Origin: Eledone cirrhosa
Taxonomy: Eukaryota
Assembly: GCA_964016885.1 (NCBI GenBank)
Contig: OZ024743.1
Coordinates: 238,328,001-238,392,000, forward strand
Reading direction: 5' to 3'
DNA length: 64,000 nucleotides
Shown piece after piece: positions 43,727 through 58,980 of the stretch. The notes beneath the pieces were generated by a model. That model did no database searches. It saw nothing but the letters and a program-made list of their open reading frames with translations, and had not been told where the DNA came from. The translations under genes and the position numbers were made by a program. The number at the start of each line of letters is the position of its first letter. Position 1 is the stretch's first letter.

Positions 43727-44256
43727 TTGGCAGTATCGGTAGAGGGTCAGACATGCTTTCCAGCATAGTTACGTCCCTTTATGATCTGAGTTCAAATCCC
43801 GCCGAAGTTAACTTTGCCTTTCATCCTTACGGGGTCGATAAAATAAAGTACCAGTAATGCACTTGGTAATTGCTGGCCTTGTGCCAAAAGTAGAAACAAT
43901 TATTACAGTGATAGCGATAGTGGTGGTAGTTGGGGTGGCAGTGGTTGAGGTGGTGAGAATAGGTGGTAGTGGTGGAGGCGCTTTTGATAATGATGGTAAC
44001 GATAGTGATGGCAGTAGTTGTATAGTAATGGTGATAGAACTCGTGTAATATGTTGTGGTAGTGATAATAATTGTTTCTACTTTTGGCACAAGGCCAGCAA
44101 TTATCCCTGTGCATTACTGGTACTTTATTTTATCGACCCCGTAAGGATGAAAGGCAAAGTTAACCTCGGCGGGATTTGAACTCAGACTTCAAAGGGGAGT
44201 AACTCTATGCTGCACAGCATGTCGTCCGCCCCTCTGCCGATACTGCCAATCCCGCC
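43727..44256. mobile_element. Tail-to-tail pair of tRNA-derived SINEs (43727-43903 plus; 44067-44256 minus)
   Basis: Same family as 15964-16143. Confidence 0.82.
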
Positions 44257-44842
44257 TATGCGGTTGTTATAATAATAATAGTAATAGTATCAGGAGTAGT
44301 AGTAATATTAGAAATAGTAGTATTGGAGGTAGTAGTATTAGTACTACTAATGAGACGATGTAGTTAGGAAGTTTGATTCCTAGTAATGTGCAGTCTTTCA
44401 GCAATACATTCTATTTCACGTTGCCCCAATCCACTCGACTGGCAAAAATGTATTGTACCTGTAACTCAATAGGCCACCGTTGACACTCACTGTGGCATGA
44501 ATCTCCCTGAGAATTGCATTAAGACTGCACGTGTCTATGGAATGGTCAGCCACTTGCACGTTAATGAGCAGGCTATTCGGTTGTGAATTGACGCACTTAC
44601 ACACACACATACAAATGTACACCAACATATATACATATGCACACTTATACTCATACATAGAACCCCCCCCCCCCCCAACCAATAAATATATATACACACG
44701 CACACACATACACATGCATACATCAGCACACATATCTACGTATATACACCCCCGCACATGTATACTGACAAACTCAAACACTTGCATATATCTACATCTA
44801 CCCCCACACACTATCGCTCTCTCTCTCTTTCTCTCTCTTTCA

Positions 44843-44925
<83 letters not shown>

Positions 44926-45179
44926 ACTCTCTCTCACATACACATATATATACCCACTCGCGCACACCGACATATATATATACCCACAAACATATTTACA
45001 TATATATGTTTGTATGTGCAATGTATGTATAACTGTATGGGACTTTGTGTATATATGTCTGTGTGCGCGCGTGTTTATATATACGTTGTATAATAAACGC
45101 AAACACATACATATACACAAAGACACACACATACATATACACACGTATATATACACACATACACGCCACATACACGCAC

Positions 45180-45233
<54 letters not shown>

Positions 45234-45321
45234 TATACAAATATATACATATATATATAAATATATATACATATATATATAAATATATACATATTTATAT
45301 ATAAATACATACATATATATA

Positions 45322-45382
45322 TAGTCCAGAATTAGTCGTCGAAACGGCTTGAGCTCAACCGTCGGGGTCCTACTCGTTCCTA
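45322..45382 (+). mobile_element. Family A short arm only; another at 36070-36128 minus
   Basis: TAGTCCAGAATTAGTCGTCGAAACGGCTTGAGCTCAACCGTCGGGGTCCTACTCGTTCCTA in (TA)n. Confidence 0.8.
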
Positions 45383-47899
45383 TATATATATATATATAAA
45401 TAAATATATATATGTATATATGTATATACACAGACACACATATACGCACATCGGCATACATACACATGGACAGACACATACATACTCACTGACATAGATA
45501 TACACACATACAGAAGAAAGCAGGCAACTATTGAAGCACGGGTCAATTCCAAACTATAAATTGTTCAGCCGTGACTAATACAACTTTTGTATTCGACCAT
45601 GCTTCGTTGGTTTGTTACTTTCAACCCCGCCTAGTAACCGCCCAACCTCTCTTCTCAATAGGGCCCCTCACATATAAACATCAGACACCTCTCCCTACAA
45701 CTATAAACACACGCCACCCACCACTCCTACCGCCAACATCGTCGCATGATCCATCCCAATACTGCCCCCCCCCCACCCCCCACCCCACCCACTCCCCCAC
45801 CACCATCACCACCACCTCTGCCGTCAAACGATTCACCCTCACCTCTACCGCCACCCCCAACACTACCGCCACTCGATCCATACCCCCACCACTATCATAC
45901 GATCTACCCCTCCACTACCCCCCACCACTACCGTGGCCGCCGCCGCCACTGTTATAAGATCCACGCCCACCGCCGCCACTCGATCCAAACCTACACCACC
46001 GCTACCACCATATAATCCCCCCCTCCCAGACTGCCCACACACTATGACCATACTATCCACCCCCTCCACAACCTCCACCACAGGATCCACACCTCCGAAT
46101 GGTCATAACGACGGAAGGTAGCAACTTTGATTAATTAAAAGACGCTCATTTCCTCATCTCCCTGTCGTGATAATGGACATATTGGTAGTTAATGTCACAT
46201 CAACAGCAGCACAACAACAGCAGCACAACAACAGCAGCACAACAACAGCAGCAATAATAGTAACAGGAAAATCAGTCACAATAATAACAACAATAGGAAC
46301 TGAATAACAGCACTATAGTCCCAGGCAACAAGGCCGCATGTTCGATATTCGGCAGCGCGTTGTATCCTTGAACAAAGCATTTTATTTCATGTTCCAGTTC
46401 ACTCAGCTTAAAGAAATAAGTTGTACTTGTAATTTAAATGACCAGCCGTATCACTCATCGTGACAGGCTGAATCTTCCTGAGGTCTGCATTAAGAGTACA
46501 CGTGTCTGTCGAATGTTCAACGTTATTATCTCAAGTAGGTTGTTCCGTTGTTTGAACATCAGGAAAATTCATCGTGATTATGGTGTTAAAGCAGATTGAT
46601 TGGCTGTGCAAAGGCTACCCCGGTTGACATCTAGAGATAATTATTGAAGCATTTGATTAACAGCTGTACTAAACGGAAATATTGCAACACGAAATCGCAA
46701 CAGACATATAACAGGAGTTGACTCAATTGACTATAGTCCTTGTCAAGAAATCTGTGGCCACGTATATGTGTGAGAAATCATTGCTAATTACCCCTGAGAA
46801 TTGCCAAGAAACATATAATCCTACTTCACCAATTTCTTCCTTTCCTCACTCCTCTTTTCCTCAACGATTTCGTCACTCTTTAAGAAGATAAAATTGCCAG
46901 ACTCATTAAGTTTAAAGTTCATTTCATGCTGTAAAGTAATAATTAATTTACACAATAGTATTCATTATTTTTTCTAGCTTATAAACAAACGAAGAATTAG
47001 AGTTCTTTCTTGTTTTAATTAACTGTTATTTCATTTAACTTTGCGCCATTTTTATAGCTTCCTTCTAGAGCCGGAAATATATAATACATACACGTTTGTC
47101 AAACGAAGAAGTATTCATCTTCACATAAAATCGACAATTTTTCGTAATTAATTTCATCTTTGTTCACTGATGGAGTTTTCTGAACGAGGAGCGTGCAATA
47201 AATCAGACATTATGCAAAATATTAAATTTAACACCTACTTTTAAAGTAGGCACTAGCGATGGTTATGAAGATAAGCTATCGGCTTAATGACCGATGAATC
47301 TTCACAACACCATTTTATTTTAACCTTGAAAATGTATTGAAATATCCTTTGCCCATCTGCCTAATGGCGGAGCAGATTACACTCACAACTCGCGTACACA
47401 CAAGTAAAAAACAAAACAAAATCAAGAAAAATGTACCCGAGGACAAGACATTACAATAATGGTGTATTTGTTTAACGCTTATAAAAAATAGATACATGTA
47501 GATACAGAGAAAAGAAGAAATAAAACAGAAAAACAGCGGAAAAGGAGCGAAAAAACACACGTGTAGTCACCAGTCATCTTAGAAAAAGGACGTAGACGTG
47601 AGCTGAGAAAATAGACTCATAATTCGGTGCGGTAATAAAAAGGAGACATGTGAGACAAAAAGGTGGCCGATGTGAATGTATATGTTTCCACACCCGTCTC
47701 TGTGCGTGTGTGTGTGTGAAAATGTGTACGTATGTGTGTATCAGGGTGTGTACGTGTACATATGCGTGTATGCGTGCCTAGGTCAGTTGTACGAAAGTAG
47801 TAAGTGTACATTCGAAGTGGTGCTATTTGGTATGCATAGTCTTAGTATGTTTGTGTATACCTGTGAGTGATGATCAGTTAGGCTATATATAAATATATA

Positions 47900-47977
47900 C
47901 AGGTTGTCACGAAAAAATGTATACGCACTTTAATAGCATTCTAATCAAAGTATACATACATTTTTTGGGACAGCATG
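47900..47977. mobile_element. Tiny Tc1/mariner-type MITE remnant
   Basis: TA-CAGGTTGTCACGAAAAAATGTATA..CTTT and AAAG..TACATTTTTTGGGACAGCATG form imperfect TIRs of about 32 bp. Confidence 0.5.
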
Positions 47978-48183
47978 CATATATATGAATTTTGAAAGTG
48001 CTCAGAAATTATTAGGCTCATAGAAAATATAGAAAAATTGAGATGCACAAAATAACTATAAATAGCTTAGAAAAAACGAGTAAAGACTCCCCAGAGCAGT
48101 CAGCCGATATACTGGTAGTTTTTTCCGTCTAGAAGGGGTCGTCATCCACGTAAATACAGAGTATGTAACCTTTATATATATAT

Positions 48184-48505
48184 ATTAGAAAGTGAATTTT
48201 TTTTACAAAATGAAAAAAAAAAACCGAGGTGTCCTACATGAGAGAAAGTATGAGGAAAAAAGATGAAATCGAAAATGCAACTGGAGTCTTTTTAAACAAA
48301 TATATTTATTTATTTGGTTCCTTTACCGGTTTCGCATTTCTTCTTCTTTTCAAAAGTAGAACTGAGATGTGAGAAAAACCACAAACCCTCCATCTTAATT
48401 CTACTTTTGAAAAGAAGAAGAACTGCGAAACCGGTAAAGGAACCAAATAAATAAATATATTTAAAAAAAAAAACTCCAGTTGCATTTTCGATTTCATCTT
48501 TTTTC
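48184..48505. mobile_element. Fold-back family E, second copy
   Basis: Same tail and arms as 38728-39061; HHR motifs at 48403-48440 (+) and about 48319-48356 (-). Confidence 0.85.
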
Positions 48506-48723
48506 CTTATCAGCTTCTCTTACTACTAATACATGCCGATACGCACCCTTATCTCATAGCTTCGTACTTACATGCACACATACTCTTTTACTCACATATA
48601 CACACACGTTTCATCTTAGCATCGTACGGACCTATAATAAGTCACACACACACACACACACACAAGACACTTTTTCCAATTCCAACCCGCCCGTCACCTC
48701 AATCTATTTTATTTCTCATTCTT

Positions 48724-48759
48724 TCTTCTGATGAAGGACTAGCGTCCGAAACGTTAGGA
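48724..48759 (+). ncRNA. 36-nt minimal hammerhead (family K)
   Basis: UCUU-CUGAUGA-A-GGAC UAGC GUCC-GAAA-CG-UU-AGGA; palindromic ACGU helix III. Confidence 0.8.
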
Positions 48760-48848
48760 CCCTCTTCCTGCTATATCAAGCGTTAACCTAATATATACCT
48801 TCCATATACTGTACCGGTTGTGTTGTTATTTCTGTTTACCTTTTACAT

Positions 48849-48881
<33 letters not shown>

Positions 48882-48889
48882 CTGTATCT

Positions 48890-49275
<386 letters not shown>

Positions 49276-49296
49276 TATATATATATATATATATAG

Positions 49297-49360
<64 letters not shown>

Positions 49361-49404
49361 TATATATATATATATATATATAGTATATATATATATATAT
49401 ATAG

Positions 49405-49474
<70 letters not shown>

Positions 49475-49602
49475 TATATATATATATATATATAGTATAT
49501 ATATATATATATATATAGTATATATATAGTATATATATATATATATATATAGTATATATATATATATATATAGTATATATATAGTATATATATATATATA
49601 TA

Positions 49603-49638
<36 letters not shown>

Positions 49639-49697
49639 TATATATAGTATATATATATATATATATATATCAGTATATATATATATATATATATATA

Positions 49698-50112
<415 letters not shown>

Positions 50113-50143
50113 CATATATATATACATATATATATATATATAC

Positions 50144-50178
<35 letters not shown>

Positions 50179-50233
50179 CATATATATATACATATATATA
50201 TACATATACATATATATATACATATATATATAC

Positions 50234-50347
<114 letters not shown>

Positions 50348-50351
50348 ATAC

Positions 50352-50501
<150 letters not shown>

Positions 50502-50643
50502 CAACCGCTATGTAGGCCACCAAGGGACTCTGTGTAGGGTTGGGTATTTGGGTTAAGGTGTCAGTATGTGCGATTTCTTGTCATATGGGCCCTTGGGCTT
50601 TTAAGATAGGTGTTTGAGTGGTGGAGGTGTGTTATCCAACACA

Positions 50644-50748
50644 AAAATAAAAATAAAAATAAAAATAAAAATAAAAATAAAAATAAAAATAAAAATAAAA
50701 ATAAAAATAAAAATAAAAATAAAAATAAAAATAAAAATAAAAATAAAA

Positions 50749-50779
<31 letters not shown>

Positions 50780-50800
50780 TAAAAATAAAAATAAAAATAA
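50644..50800. repeat. (AAAAAT)n hexanucleotide repeat
   Basis: Direct reading. Confidence 0.95.
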
Positions 50801-51015
50801 AAAAAAACAACAACAAAGAATAGAAAAACCCAGAGGGTGTGTGTAGGCCCATTAATGGTGTGTAAGTATTATTGTCCAATCTGTAACCGTGAGCAATCCA
50901 GGGTTAGATAGATGATCAGGGATCAGAATCTAGTGTAGTGTTTAATCGATAGGAACGTGACTAGTCATAACTGTGGGAACTCAGTGTCTAAAGAAACATA
51001 TATACACATATAAAC

Positions 51016-51691
51016 ATATATACAGATATGCACATATAACTTAGTATCCCAGAAATATATATAACGAAGTAAATTATGATGCTATAGTGATATATATTCC
51101 ATTTATTACTATATTTATATATATGTATAGTAATATAAATCACTATAGCATCATAATTTACTTCGTTATATCTATTTCAGGGATACTAAGTTATATGTGT
51201 ATATGTGTATATATATATTGTTATACTTTGGGAGGGTCATGTTGCCAATAAGAAACACACCCACCAGATGCTTTCACTCCAATTTATTATAAATTAAATT
51301 GATAAATTTAAGAAATTTGTAAATTTCCGGTTGATTGGTTGGTTGGCTGGTTGGTTCCACAACCGGACGGTTGTTCATATATTGTCAAAGTTCTTTCGTC
51401 ACACATTCTGTGACCTCTTCAGTGACCGGGGATTCTTTTCTTTGTTTTGTGCCTCTCCTTTGTTCTGTCCTACGCCATCTTGTTTTTGTGTGTGTTGTGT
51501 GCTTAGTTTGCAACCGGAAATTTACAAATTTCTTGACTTTATAAATTTAATCTATAATAAATTTGAGTGAAACAACTGGTGCGTGTGTTTCTAATTGGCA
51601 ACATGACCCTCCCAAAGTATAACAATATCGGTTTCAACACACGTTTTCAGATAAAGAATTTTGCTAAACAAATTCAGAAATGTATATATAT

Positions 51692-51737
<46 letters not shown>

Positions 51738-52069
51738 GAAGGAATTGTGGTAAGGAACCAGATGGACCATAACGCACCATAACGCATTTCTAGAAATAGC
51801 CGTCGAAACGGCTTGAGCTCTGCCGTCGGGGTCATACCTTTTCCTATTACCCACTCTACTACCCTAAGTATTGAGTACCCTGATGCGTTATGGTCCATCT
51901 GGTTCCTTACCACAATTCCTTCGTATATATATATATATATACATTTCTGAATTTGTTTAGCACGATTCTTTATCTGAAAACGTGTGTTGAAACCGATAGT
52001 GTTGAAACGGCTATTTCTAGAAATAGCCGTCGAAACGGCTTGAGCTCTGCCGTCGGAGTCATAACTTTT

Positions 52070-52073
<4 letters not shown>
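51016..52073. repeat. Cluster of adjacent and nested inverted repeats
   Basis: Arm pairs 51016-51091/51139-51213, 51218-51333/51511-51625 and 51628-51688/51937-51997, the last enclosing family A 51737-51923; family A again at 52004-52073. Confidence 0.82.
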
Positions 52074-52119
<46 letters not shown>

Positions 52120-52451
52120 GATAAATAACAATATGGCTTATAAAAGAGGTTGTTTGCATAATTGCAAACGAATCGTATATATATATAAATTTTGAGTATG
52201 TGTTGGTTGTTTACCGACACGTCAGTATGTAGGTTGGAGTACTCAACGAAGTACGCAGGGTGGTTTATTTACTCCGGAGTGGTATGACGATTGACCAATG
52301 GGGTACCAATGAAATTCGTTTGCTCTAGCCCATATGATTCCAGTTCCTCGTAGGACTAATAAGACACCCACGAGCTGGACATATCGATGAATTGACAGAG
52401 TGGAACACATTTCAACACCATGTTTACCTATTCTTTCTACATTATTTCGTA

Positions 52452-52504
52452 CTGCCTGAAGAGGTCACAGCCAATAATAGCTGTCACTGAAATATATGTA
52501 GCAG
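52452..52504 (+). ncRNA. Minimal hammerhead (family L)
   Basis: CUGC-CUGAAGA-GGU.ACAGC..GCUGU.ACU-GAAA-UAUAUG-UA-GCAG. Confidence 0.85.
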
Positions 52505-52562
52505 AGAATTTATAATGAACGAAGCCAAATTTAATATGTTTGACTTACTTATTTTATAAATA

Positions 52563-53878
52563 TCTATACTATAACGCTGACAGCCGTATGTAGGTAACAA
52601 ACTTTCTGCCAAACGGCTGGACCAAACAGCACCAAATTTGCACCATCGATGTAACTTTTTCCAAGTAAAAAATGAAGGTTTTTTGTCTACTGAATTTTGT
52701 TAAAAGATTATTTAAATATTCACTTTAAAATTTCAAATGTCAACACTCCAGTTATACGCCATACCTCACTTTTTCTCATGACGTCGCACAACATTCCCTT
52801 CTTTTTCTTAGTCTGTATGTCTGGCTGTCTGCATTAGATAACGTTTTTCGAAATATTTACTTCTGCGTTCACAGACTGATTATTGTAGTTTCAGAAGATC
52901 CAGTTAAGGGTGAAAGCAGCGATTCTTTGCTTAAACTTTAATCTGTTATTTTAATATATATATATTCGTGTACAGATATTTTTGCATACACAAAAACAAA
53001 AAAAACTATTTATTTCACGAAAGCACTGTTCGAGGTTAGAGGACCACAGTCTTTCCAAGATCTGAGAACCATCAATGGCCATCAATGTTCCACTTACCGT
53101 TTGACTTGCCAGATGCGTGGTATGTTACACGATGAGAGCCATGGCACCTCACCTTGTAAGAAGCAGCAACTGGTAAAGTCCCTTCTCAGCTGCGAAAACT
53201 TTTTGCTATAATGCCGCACAACTGCGATCTCGCTGACCCTCTCGCAATGTGGAACAACCACCGCGAAAGACTAGCTGAGGACATCCTCCACCGCACACGC
53301 AGACACAACCGAACGTAACATACGATGACGTTTTCAATAAAACAGTGTCCTGGAGATTGATGGTAGGTCTCTAAGTCACTACAACTGACCTGCTCCTGAC
53401 AGGAGTGTGTAGAGGTCAACGTCTACAGAGCTTCTCCGCGAGACGAGCTACAAGATCAGTGATTCTCCCATGGTCAATTGTATGTAGGATGCTCTAGGGT
53501 TAGCTCGCCAAACAATCTCTTCATCTTTGCTCCGGAGGACCGAACAAAAAATATTGTATACGCTGAGGCTCTAACAATGTAATTTAAATATTTTCTGTTA
53601 CTTGGAATTTCCATTATGGTTGTACACATTATTGTTTGTTAAAACATTTGTTCTCTGTCAACCTTTATTGTTGTAACTATGAATTTTCTTTAACGTACTG
53701 GCTGCTGAACTGGGGAATCCTAAAAACTATTCAAACCCAACATCAGAGCACGTTAACCCCGCCCCCCTCTCACTGACTTGAGAGGCGTGTGGTATCTTTG
53801 CACAAGAGTGTAGGGGGGATTCCTGAAAAGATAAAATGCCGGTATACCTAGTCGAGCGCCAGCCGGACGGGCCAGATA

Positions 53879-53879
<1 letters not shown>
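52563..53879 (+). mobile_element. Internally deleted Helitron
   Basis: A|TCTATACTATAA 5' end; RepHel remnants VRGPQSFQDLRTING, QLRKLFA..DPLAMW..LAED and FSHGQLYVGCSRV..TKNIVYAEAL; GC-rich subterminus ending ATAG|T. Termini are less certain than the coding remnants. Confidence 0.8.
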
Positions 53880-53973
<94 letters not shown>

Positions 53974-54054
53974 CGCCCCCCACTCTCAAGAGCTTGAAAC
54001 CAATAAACCTTTGTTCGTACTGGCTCTCTGCTTTGTTCCCGTTCCATTTTTCAC

Positions 54055-54095
<41 letters not shown>

Positions 54096-54457
54096 TGTTA
54101 TTCACTTTTTATATCTTCATATTATTTTCCTTTTACTTTTTATTATGTTTTAACCATTGTTTGTATTTTTTGATTTTGCGTGCCATCAATTGTATCTGCA
54201 TCTTGTGAGATCTGCTTGTGCCCTAGCATTTAGCTGTGGTGCTTAACAACCCCAGCATGTACTCCTCCTTATTCGCCATCTTCGATCTCCCTATCTTTAC
54301 CCTCTATTGTATTCCGATTGTTCGTGTGACTAAGCTTGGTAGAACTTATACTCAGCACTGTGTTTATTAAGCTCTGATGATTCCTACCCAACGGTATGGA
54401 TGAAACATTGTAAGCAAATAAAAAAACTGTTTGAGTATGTAAGCGTTCTTTGGTTTC

Positions 54458-54528
<71 letters not shown>

Positions 54529-54774
54529 ATTGGTGTAGGATGCTTAAAGCGTCCGTATGCGGTAGGCCGTTTGAGCACTCGATGCTCTTACAGAGCATGT
54601 GATATATATATATATATATATATATCATCCGATCAACTGATCGATGTAGTCATGTATGCTCATTTGCAATCATGTCAGTTTTCGAAGTATGGATTCGTTG
54701 CTGAAAATAATGCTAGGGCTGTGAAATTTGCATGCATTAATTTCAACTATTAATAACTGAATTATTTCTTTCTA

Positions 54775-55320
54775 GGGACTGTGTTGAAAAATAATCCTTA
54801 TTTGGTCATTCCATAAGATTATCTTGGTCAGCCTATTGCCAGAAGAAGAGTGATGGTGAGTGGGCTCTGGGCCTAGGACGCCGTGGTAATAGTGCCGCGC
54901 CCTACGGAAAAGACCGCAAAAGCATTCCCGTGGATAATGGCCAGTGACATACGCTGCAACAGCCACCCGACCTCCTGGGTTTCCTTCCTCAGACCGGCCG
55001 TCGACGTTCCGATCTTGCGGAGGAGCTCGGCAGTACGGGGTCTAAGTACGCCTGAAGTCTCGACGGTGACCGGTACGAAGTGGAAGCGGCCGGACGGACA
55101 AAACCCGGTACTTGTTTATCTCCCTTTCCTCTGTATAGTGGGCCGTGGTACCGGAGTTTCTGGCCGAAGCGACTAAGCTGGAGGCGGAGAACGTGTGACA
55201 ACATATAGCGTCCCAGATGAGGCATCTTCCTCCTTCGAATGGGAAGAGGGTGATTCCATCGGGGCGCTTGCCGTCTCTGCGGTCAAGGTCTGCTGGGTCC
55301 AATTGTGATGGGAAGCCTCT
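54775..55320 (-). pseudogene. CRE-like retrotransposon 3' fragment (restriction-like endonuclease)
   Basis: DGKRPDGITLFPFEGGRCLIWDA..HTFSAS..EEREINKY. Confidence 0.78.
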
Positions 55321-56087
55321 TTCCCACGGTTAATCCGCGGTTAATCTGGCAATGTGTTGGCTATCTCAGTAACTAGATTTGAAGCTATTTCTTCTAAAGT
55401 TTCCTTACAATAGCCTGTCAATCGCTGTCATTAGAGAGTTATCATTGGAGTTAATTTTGACAGAAAGTAACTCAATTCTGTATTACAGCCGTGTCTCCAA
55501 TAGGTGAAGTTAAGAACCACTCGTAATACGCAGGAGTACATTCTATGTAACTGATATGATATATGTAATATATTATAATATATGTAAGTAACACCTGATG
55601 GAAACTTAGGGTCACATTAGTGACAAAATAAGTATTGAGCATGTTTTAAGCCTCGTGAGATCTCTCATTTCACTATCACTTCTCCAGTCGATTTCTTCCG
55701 GAAAATAAGAGAATGATAGAGAAGAATTGGGAAAGAGATATAAAGAAAGAATTGGCACTAGTACTGGACTGGGATTTTTTTTTATCGATGAAAGACCAAG
55801 TTTGCGTCAGTAGGTTTTGAAATGAAAGTTTCGAGAACTAGATCGTACACCACAAAGCATTCTATCCGACGTTGTTGGCCACCTTGATATAATATGATGT
55901 AATATAATATAATATTATTGTTTCTACTTTAGGCACAAGGCCAGCAATTGCCCAATGCATTACTGGTACTTTATTTTATAGACCCCGTAAGGATGAAAGG
56001 CAAAAATACAATATAATATAATGTAATACTATATATATATCGAGACAAACACTTTTGTGTATTTGTATCCCTGTGTTTTACCTAGAG

Positions 56088-56148
<61 letters not shown>

Positions 56149-56157
56149 AATATATAT

Positions 56158-56260
<103 letters not shown>

Positions 56261-56275
56261 TATATATATATATGT

Positions 56276-56306
<31 letters not shown>

Positions 56307-56423
56307 CATATATACATATATATATATATAACGAAGGAAATGTGGTAAGGAACCAGGTGGACAATAACGCACCAAAGTACTCAATACTTAGGGTAGTAGA
56401 GTGGGTAATAGGAACCAGTAAGA

Positions 56424-56545
56424 CCCCTTTTATCTTTTTTTAAAGAGACGGCTGAGCTCAAGCCGTTTCGACGGCTAATTCTGGACTAAATGAAAATTTA
56501 TGAATAGTATATGAATGGTATATGAATAGCCGAGCTTCTCAAGGG
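56424..56545 (-). ncRNA. Family A hammerhead, interrupted by a 19-nt insertion
   Basis: CCCC-UUGAGAA-GCUCGGCUA..UAGCCGUC-GAAA-CGGCU UGAGCUC AGCCG-UC-[insert 56428-56446]-GGGG. Confidence 0.75.
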
Positions 56546-57709
56546 GTAATTCCATATATGGTCAAAGTGATTGTCACAAGGATTGGTCACAAGTTAGTAG
56601 TAATTCTGTGATGGCAAATTAGTGGGGGAGAGGGTGGCTAAACCTGCCAGTAGGAGAAAAAGGGGAGGGGGTGGAGTAGACCCAATCATGCGTTGGTAGT
56701 GCTGGCTACAGCTGGGCATGAGGTCAAATAAGATACTAGGGAGGGGGAGGGGGAGGAAGTCGAAACAGTAAGTAGAACAATGAAGGGTAAAAAAATATAT
56801 ATATGAAAAAAAAAAAATACTGAGAGTGAAAAAAAGCGAATAAATGTAAAGAAAAACATATAAGCAATTTCTACGACCTAAGTCTCTAGCTATTGCTAGG
56901 CTAAATATATAAATAAATAAATAAAGAAATAAATAAAGAAACAAATAAAGAAATAAAGAAATAAAGATATAAAGAAATAAAATAATAAGTAAATAAACTA
57001 GGTGGGACGGAATAGGAAAGGACCCTTTTAAGAGGTATAAGTACGTATATCATACGGTGACGGGTCAACAATGGGGGCCAAAATACTAAAGAAACTACCA
57101 CGAAATCATTAATAAAGGTTTCTACCCGGGCACAAGGCCAGCAACCACCCAGTGCAGAAAAGTAAACTAGTACGAGATAATAATTCTGAGTCCCGAAAAA
57201 AATATACTAATGCTAACTCTAATGGTACCGCCACGCTACAAAAGTTCTTATACAAGCTACATGAAAGTTCCTACGGGGTAAAAGTAGAATACGGAAAAAT
57301 AAATTCAGAATCCACCCCCGCCCAAAAGAAAAGAGAAGAAAGAAATACTGAAACGAGAAATTAAGGCAGAGGTGCCACTAAGAAATATAGAAGGCACGGA
57401 AAAAAGGGGGAGCGGTCGGATAAGGGGGCAAGTATCCGAGGTCTAACCAACTGCTATAAAAAGCGGAGTTCGCCAAATCTATCATAGACTAGGGGAGGGG
57501 GTGGGGGTACTGAGGCTACAAGGGGCCAAAGGGTTGCCTCGGGTGGGCGAGAAAAATACGCCGACAAAGAAAAAGAACTGGGGTAGAAGGACTAGGGAGG
57601 GATGGGGGGAAGAAGGAAATATAGAGGAAGCGATAAAAGAATAAAAAGAAGATCTTACGTCTCCCTTGGCAAGCAGGGGTTACTCATTACAAAATAGGCA
57701 AGTGGGGTG

Positions 57710-58950
57710 TTATAGCCCTAGTCTACCCCCCGGGTCATTATGGGGTTTGAGGGCGAGGTAAGTCCTACGCAATCTATGTTTATATGCAGTAACCAGTTCA
57801 TCTTTCTTGTTTAGGAGTTGGTCCGTCAAAAACAGCATTTGTAAAGTTTCCTCCGAGTATAAATTGCACGGACGGCGTCCTCCCGTGTAAGAGTTGGCTC
57901 TGGACAGTAATCTCCAAGTGAGATCATAGGTGATGTTGTTGTCCTTGAGGTCCCATATGTGGCCCGAAAGTGTAGTGGCGTGACGCCGGGCCGGGTTTCG
58001 GAAGGTATGTCTATGTTGGTATAGCCGGGTCTTGAAGTCACATGCGGTTAGTCCTATATAAGCTTTGTTGGAGGTGTCCGTCCTCACGTTGCACTGGTAG
58101 ATCACATTACGGTCTCTGCATCTGTTGTCGAGGGGGAAAATGGATCGATCAGGACAGTTGCACCTCCTGGTCGGCTCTCCACTGCTATTTAGGTTATTTC
58201 TTCAATCGGGGTTGAGTTTTTTGTTAGAGGAGACGATGTTTTGTGTGAAGTTTGGTGTAGTGCTGTAAGACAGTTTGATGGTATTTTTGTTAATTATGTT
58301 GTGGTAGCGGTGTTGTAATGGGAAGTGTTTTTCAATGAGCCTAAAGAATATTTTCCCGATGGGAGTTGTCACCTCTGCGTTGTGGGGAGGATTGAACCAT
58401 GTTACATTGCGTGAGCGGCGGTGTCGCCTGCTGGTTCCGCTAATGGGAGCTGGACAGTAGGATATTTCCTCCCGGAAACCACTCCGCTTGAGGGCCTGGT
58501 TGTAATAAGGCGCATGTTCATCGAATATCCGCTCATTAACTGACAAATGGGATATGCGGAGGGAGATGTTTTTGACCAGGTTGTTGGTGATGTTCCTAGG
58601 ATGGTTTGATCGGCGGTGGATGTAGTGCAGGTTGTCATTAGGTTTCCTGTATGGGTAGTACAGGTCGTTTTCGAGGTCGAGGGTAACGTCCAAGAAGTTT
58701 ACTCGGGTCAGGGACGTTTGTAGGGTTATTTTAAATCCCCAGTCGCGGAAGAAGCTGATTAATTGTTTCCGGACCCGATCTGTACTACTGTGGTTGTACC
58801 CTTTAAGGGTAAGGAGCCCATCATCACGGTACAATCCACCACCGAATGCAGGACACATCTCGGTGAGTTTGGCTATAAGGAATAATCCTATAAGATCTGT
58901 GACCTCCGCCGAATCCGTAGCGCCCATGCTGACGTCGAAGGGTCTTACTG
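57710..58950 (-). pseudogene. PLE RT plus GIY-YIG endonuclease, one in-frame TGA at 58202
   Basis: FDVSMGATDSAEVTDLIGL, GLYRDDGL, VNFLDVTLDL, SNHP, WFNPP, CNC..C, VIYQC..YIGLT and LLNKKDEL motifs. ORFs 58202-58927 and 57710-58105 share a frame. Confidence 0.88.
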
Positions 58951-58980
58951 GTTCATATATATATATATATATATATATAT

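Larger units (their letters stand above)
56330..58955 (-). mobile_element. 5'-truncated Penelope-like element (Naiad-like) with long 3'UTR ending in the family A repeat
   Basis: RT C-half and GIY-YIG EN; both ends join (TA)n. Confidence 0.87.

Noticed and set aside
58202-58204. In-frame TGA between RT and EN of the Naiad-like PLE as a selenocysteine or readthrough codon
   Set aside because: The homologous fragment at about 27370 has GGA (Gly) at this codon and the site is not a conserved Cys, so a nonsense mutation is the simplest reading.
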